Assembly (NCBI GenBank): GCA_038279365.1
Contig: JAYODI010000001.1
Span: forward strand, 32,001-96,000
Source: Candidatus Latescibacterota bacterium
GTDB lineage: Bacteria; Latescibacterota; UBA2968
Reading direction: 5' to 3'
DNA length: 64,000 nucleotides
Position numbers and translations under genes: made by a program
Notes under the pieces: generated by a model
What the model was told of the DNA's origin: nothing
What the model saw: the letters and a program-made list of their open reading frames with translations, nothing else
Databases searched by the model: none
Part shown: in pieces, positions 59,471-64,000 of the stretch
Numbering within the stretch: the stretch's first letter is position 1
Layout: every line of letters starts with the position of its first letter

Positions 59471-59565
59471 GGTTGCAAGTCTACAGGTTACAAGTCGCAA
59501 GTCAACTTCAGAAGTGTTATGGATGGTTTTGATCTGCAACTTGAAGACCTGCGACATGAGACATG
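59471..59565. repeat. heptamer-based palindromic intergenic element (copy B)
   Basis: CAAGTCTA CAGGTTA CAAGTCG CAAGTC...GACCTGC GACATGA GACATG; related to 16240-16312 in reverse orientation. Confidence 0.75.
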
Positions 59566-60615
59566 TTTTTTAAGGAGATTCATTTGGACGAGATCCATTC
59601 AGACAATAATGCGCCCTTTGAAGAAGAAACCCTTCATAAACTGCGTGAAGGGCGCGAGAAAATGTTGGCGCAAATTCGCAAGGTTATTGTGGGGCAAGAT
59701 GCCGTGGTCGAGTCGTTGATGATTGTGTTGTTTACGGGGGGGCATTGTTTGCTTACGGGTGCACCCGGTTTGGCCAAAACATTGTTGGTGCGCACCATTG
59801 CAAAGATTTTGGATTTGGATTTTAAGCGCATCCAATTTACGCCAGACTTGATGCCTTCTGATATTACTGGTACAGAAATCATTGATGAAGCACGTGTGGG
59901 GGGGCACCGTGAATTGCGATTTATTCCGGGACCCATTTTTACAAATATATTGCTGGCAGATGAGATCAATCGCACTCCTCCAAAAACTCAGGCGGCACTG
60001 TTGGAGGCGATGGAAGAAAAACAGGTGACCGTGGGGGGCACATTGCGGCCTTTAAAACCGCCTTTTTTTGTTTTGGCCACACAGAATCCGATTGAGTTAG
60101 AAGGAACATATCCGTTGCCTGAAGCGCAGTTGGATCGATTTATGATGAATGTGCGTATTGATTATTTGAGTGAGGATGATGAGCTTAAAGTGGCCACGCG
60201 TACAACGAGAGTTACTGATACGGACGTTCAGGCTGTTTTTTCAGGTGCAGATATGGTTGACTTTGCCCGATTGGTGCGATTGGTGCCCGTGGCAGACCCA
60301 GTGGCCCGTTATGCCGTACAATTGGTTCAGGCAAGTCGCCCAGATTTGGATGCTGCGCCAGATTTTGTTAAAAATTGGGTGAATTGGGGCGCAGGTACCC
60401 GTGGGTCTCAAGGGTTGTTGTTGGGGGCCAAAGCCCGTGCCCTGTTACAGGGCCGCCATCATGTCTCTTTTGGTGATGTGCGTGCGGTTGCACCTGCGGT
60501 GTTGCGTCATAGGGTGTTAACCAATTTTAGAGCAGAGGCAGATCATGTGGGTGTGGATGATGTGATTGAACAGTTGTTGGAAGTCATGCCCCCTCCTCAG
60601 GCAGATTTAAGATAA
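59563..60615 (+). CDS. moxR: MoxR family AAA+ ATPase
   Basis: GAPGLAKT, RIQFTPDLMPSD, DEINR, ATQNPIE.EGTYPLPEAQLDRF; true start may be TTG 59584 after AAGGAG. Confidence 0.96.
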   Translation: MFFKEIHLDEIHSDNNAPFEEETLHKLREGREKMLAQIRKVIVGQDAVVESLMIVLFTGGHCLLTGAPGLAKTLLVRTIAKILDLDFKRIQFTPDLMPSDITGTEIIDEARVGGHRELRFIPGPIFTNILLADEINRTPPKTQAALLEAMEEKQVTVGGTLRPLKPPFFVLATQNPIELEGTYPLPEAQLDRFMMNVRIDYLSEDDELKVATRTTRVTDTDVQAVFSGADMVDFARLVRLVPVADPVARYAVQLVQASRPDLDAAPDFVKNWVNWGAGTRGSQGLLLGAKARALLQGRHHVSFGDVRAVAPAVLRHRVLTNFRAEADHVGVDDVIEQLLEVMPPPQADLR

Positions 60616-60649
60616 GTGTCTGTTCGGCCATTTTAGCAGGTATCTATTG

Positions 60650-61588
60650 ATGCGTGAAACCGTTTCCAAATTTATCAACCCATCGGAGTTGGCGCAAATT
60701 GGCGATTTGCAGTTGCTTGCGCGTACGGTGGTGTCGGGATTGGGGGCAGGCATTCACCGCAGTTTGCACACGGGTTCATCTGCTGAATTTGCCCAATATC
60801 GACCCTATACGCAGGGTGATGATTTGCGCTTTGTCGATTGGCGACTTTATGGGCGCACAGATCGGTTGCACGTCAAGCAGTTTCAAGATGAAAGCAATGT
60901 GCATGCAACTGTATTGCTCGATTGCAGTGCGTCTATGGATTATGGCTCGGGGGCGGTGAGTAAGTTTCGTTATGCCCAAATGTTGGCGGCGTGTTTGGTG
61001 ATGATGATGAGTGATCAACATGATGTGGTTGGGTTTGCGGCGTATCACCACGATTTGGAAACGCATATTCCGGCTCGTCGGCAAGCGGGGCAAATGCACC
61101 GTTTGTTGTTGGCGATTGATGCCTGTGTGCCCGTAGGTGAAAAAACCGATACGGCAAGTATGTTGCAGTTTATGGGGGATGTTTTGCCTCCGCGTGGTGT
61201 GGTGGTGTTGATTGCTGATTTGTTGCATCCCATTGATGAGATGTTGAAGCATTTGCGGTCATTGCGAGCCCAACGCCACGATGTGTTGGTGTTGCAGATC
61301 AGTGATCCTGCCGAGCAAACATTTCCTTTTGATCGGTCTGTTACATTGGTTGATGCCGAAGGTGGGCGCGAGCAATTTGCAGTACCCGATGATGTGCGTG
61401 AAGGGTATTTGGAAAATCGGTCACGACATTTTGATGCCATTCGCGAAGCGTGTTTGGCTTCTGAAATTGATGTTGAAGAGTTTGTGTGTTCTGAACCATT
61501 GGATCGGGCATTGCATCATTTTATGCACCGACGGAATCATGGGTTGTTGACAAGTAGCCGTCGCCAGGGCCGTGGAGGACGGCGATGA
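60650..61588 (+). CDS. DUF58 domain protein
   Basis: G.H.S...G.S.EFAQYR.Y..GDDLR.VDW, LLDCSASM. Confidence 0.94.
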   Translation: MRETVSKFINPSELAQIGDLQLLARTVVSGLGAGIHRSLHTGSSAEFAQYRPYTQGDDLRFVDWRLYGRTDRLHVKQFQDESNVHATVLLDCSASMDYGSGAVSKFRYAQMLAACLVMMMSDQHDVVGFAAYHHDLETHIPARRQAGQMHRLLLAIDACVPVGEKTDTASMLQFMGDVLPPRGVVVLIADLLHPIDEMLKHLRSLRAQRHDVLVLQISDPAEQTFPFDRSVTLVDAEGGREQFAVPDDVREGYLENRSRHFDAIREACLASEIDVEEFVCSEPLDRALHHFMHRRNHGLLTSSRRQGRGGRR

Positions 61589-63483
61589 GCTTCTTGGTGC
61601 CGTTATTTTTTGCGGGATTGGCCTTGTTGGTTGTGCCGTGGTTTGTTCACCGCATACGCAAGCCAGAACGTGAAACGGTTCGGTTTAGCAGTTTGATGTT
61701 TGTGCCCAATGTTGAGCGCGAAGTGATTGAACGCAGGCGCTTACAACATATTTTATTGATGCTTTTGCGAATGGCACTGTTGGCACTGTTGGCATTGGCA
61801 TTTGCGCGTCCATTTCAAGAGATTGTTTTGGATACCCAGGGGGCAGATGGCGAAACGACACATCATGTTATTTTGTTGGATGCTTCTTTGAGCATGGGGG
61901 CAGATGGGGTCTGGGAAGAGGCCCAACACCAAGCCGTGGCCATTTTGGATGATGTGAAAGCGGGCGATTGGGTGGGCCTGATTCGGTTTGCACAACAAGC
62001 GCGAGTGGATGTGCCGTTAACGGAAGATATAACTTGGATTCGCCAGGCGATAGATGGGGCAACTTGGACTTGGGAAAAAGGCGATGATTTGGTGGGCCTT
62101 CAAGCTTCGGCAGATATGTTGGCAGGTGAACAAAACGTACAGCGCGTGGTGCATTTGATAAGTGATTTTCAGGCAACCGGTTTACCAGAGGTCGAAACCG
62201 GATGGGCTTTGCCTGGGCATATTAAATTGCATCCTGTGGTGATTGGTCAAGGGGATTGGGCCAATGCTTCGGTAGATGCATTGGCATTGCATCCTGTGGG
62301 GCAAAAAACAGTACAGGTGCGCGCTCGGATAAAAAATTGGCAGGGTTTAGAAGCTTTGAAGGTGAATTTGTGGTTGGATGATAAGGTGGTGGATAGCAAA
62401 ACGTTTTCTGTTTCCCCAGGGCATGCTTCGCAGGTGCGCTTTGATGTGCCTGAGGGTGTGTTACAAGGTTTTGTGGAAGTAGGTAACCCGGATGGTCTGC
62501 AGAGTGATAACAGACACTATTTTGTTCATCAGTTGGCACCCAAACATAGGGTGTTGGTTTTACAATCGGGGGCATTGTATCCCTTGATGCAGGCTGTGGT
62601 GCCCGATGATGCTGATTTGCCTTGGCAAATCATAAAAGCTGGGAACTTGGTTTCTGATTTGCGTGATAACCCTGCAGTTGTTGTTGCAGGTGGTGTGGGC
62701 GCCGATGCGTGGCGTGAGCTTAAACGATATGTGGAATCTGGCGGGCGTTTGTTTTTGCCTTTGGCAAAAGAAGCAGATGCGGGTTTGATCAACCAACTTT
62801 TGCAAGGAAGTGGGGTGCACGTTCAAGCATTGGATTTGGAAAAAGAATGGGTGCCACTTGCTTGGGTCGATTTAAAACATCGCATTTTTTATCCGTTTAG
62901 AGGAGCACAATTTAATGACTTTTCTTCGATTCGGTATACGGGGTATCATCGGGTGCTTGTGGAAAAAGGAACGGTCTTGGCTCGATTTGAAGGAGATGAT
63001 GTGATGATGGTTGAGGCACAAATGGGGCAAGGACGGGTGTTGATTTGGTCGGGGGGGGTGGCGTTGAACCGTTCTAATGTGGCACGCTCTGCTCGGTTTG
63101 TGCCTTTGATTCATGAATCGTTGCGTTATCTGTCTGGTGAACAAGTAGATTCGGCATCTTGGATTGTTGGTAATACGTTGATGGGGAAACAGATGGATAA
63201 GCCCGGTGTGCGTCAAGCTGAAGATGGACAATTGGTGGCAGTGAATGTGGCGGTTGAAGAGAGTGACCCACGGCAGGTCACTCCGTCGGAGTTTGAGATT
63301 CGTATGTGTGAAGCACCTGTTTTATATCGTAAGGGTGATGCCGAAGCGACATCGGTTGTGGGAGGCGAGTTGAGTTTGGAAGAATATGGATATTGGTTTT
63401 TATGTATGATGTTTGGTGCGCTCCTTTTGGAGCACGGTTATGCCGCTTGGCTTGAGTTGTATTCCAAACAGGAGCGCATATGA
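61585..63483 (+). CDS. BatA-domain / vWA membrane protein
   Basis: MSFL.P....L...PW..H, LLLR....LLALAFARP, DASLSM MIDAS, ISDFQ, C-terminal TM. Confidence 0.9.
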   Translation: MSFLVPLFFAGLALLVVPWFVHRIRKPERETVRFSSLMFVPNVEREVIERRRLQHILLMLLRMALLALLALAFARPFQEIVLDTQGADGETTHHVILLDASLSMGADGVWEEAQHQAVAILDDVKAGDWVGLIRFAQQARVDVPLTEDITWIRQAIDGATWTWEKGDDLVGLQASADMLAGEQNVQRVVHLISDFQATGLPEVETGWALPGHIKLHPVVIGQGDWANASVDALALHPVGQKTVQVRARIKNWQGLEALKVNLWLDDKVVDSKTFSVSPGHASQVRFDVPEGVLQGFVEVGNPDGLQSDNRHYFVHQLAPKHRVLVLQSGALYPLMQAVVPDDADLPWQIIKAGNLVSDLRDNPAVVVAGGVGADAWRELKRYVESGGRLFLPLAKEADAGLINQLLQGSGVHVQALDLEKEWVPLAWVDLKHRIFYPFRGAQFNDFSSIRYTGYHRVLVEKGTVLARFEGDDVMMVEAQMGQGRVLIWSGGVALNRSNVARSARFVPLIHESLRYLSGEQVDSASWIVGNTLMGKQMDKPGVRQAEDGQLVAVNVAVEESDPRQVTPSEFEIRMCEAPVLYRKGDAEATSVVGGELSLEEYGYWFLCMMFGALLLEHGYAAWLELYSKQERI

Positions 63484-64000
63484 TACCTCAATTGCCTTTA
63501 AAATTGGAACACGCGATTCGTGAGGTCACCGCTCAGGTTTATCGCCAACGTTTGTTACAGGGGCGGTTTATTTTTGGGTGTGTGTTGTTGGGGCTTATTG
63601 TGTTGTTGGGGGTGGCGGTAGAGGTATTGGTAGAGTCTTCTGTGCCTTTGGTTGTGGTTTTTGTGGCATTTATATTGGCTGTGTTGGGGAGTGGTTATCA
63701 GTGGTTGTGGGTGCCTCGCCGACGCGGTGACATTCAACGGGTTGATGTGGCCCGTTTTTTAGATGCCCACCATCCAGAGTTAGAAGATTTGGTATTAAGC
63801 AGTGTGGCATTGGGTGAACAGGGTGATTCAAAAGCATCGGAATGGATGGTGTCACAAGTATTGGTCAATGCACGTGAATTGCGTGGCCCAGTTATAAATA
63901 CTTCCATTACGCTTCCCAAGTGGATGCGGGGTCTTCAACGCAAACTGATGGGGTTGTGGGTAATGGGGGGTGGCATCGTGGCCGTGTTGGTATTGCATTG
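63480..64000 (+). CDS. partial membrane protein (DUF4175-like N-terminus), runs off the window
   Basis: ATGA overlap with the BatA gene stop; MIPQLPLKLE..., two TM segments, then VARFLDAHHPELEDLVLSSV. Confidence 0.7.
   Translation, partial: MIPQLPLKLEHAIREVTAQVYRQRLLQGRFIFGCVLLGLIVLLGVAVEVLVESSVPLVVVFVAFILAVLGSGYQWLWVPRRRGDIQRVDVARFLDAHHPELEDLVLSSVALGEQGDSKASEWMVSQVLVNARELRGPVINTSITLPKWMRGLQRKLMGLWVMGGGIVAVLVLH

Noticed and set aside
16240-59565. Intergenic repeats as CRISPR arrays
   Set aside because: Units are 7-8 bp with no unique spacers and no cas genes

Overview
Chromosomal window from a Gram-negative bacterium; gene content suggests a Latescibacterota/Planctomycetota-like lineage, which is inference only. 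No prophage, integrase, transposase or CRISPR array is visible. In order it holds lepB/lepA; an alpha carbonic anhydrase; an OSBS/NAAAR enolase; a five-gene CP-ATP-grasp/alpha-E/transglutaminase/DUF2126 peptide-ligation cluster facing a small acidic protein with a sigma54-type promoter; a small catabolic operon; lon with a sigma54-type promoter; a decayed BrnT/BrnA-like TA remnant; an Rdx-family selenoprotein (CxxU plus SECIS-like hairpin) that the ORF track missed; and an M32 carboxypeptidase. Next come a nucleoside hydrolase abutting a Zorya type II locus whose ZorE appears to lack the HNH general-base His; rsgA; a long envelope/glycosylation operon (GT2, GT4, SDR, MraY-like, two LolC/E, sulfatase-VanZ fusion, DxxGxDxY repeat protein, HEAT, O-antigen-ligase-TPR); and tRNA-Leu(CAG). 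The end holds small Zn-finger and receiver proteins, ctaA, RraA-family, serine hydrolase fusion, AKR, tandem nitrilase, and the start of a TPR-peptidase/DUF4159/MoxR/DUF58/BatA-vWA operon. Several spacers carry 7-bp-periodic inverted repeats. All family calls come from motif recognition by eye, not database searches.
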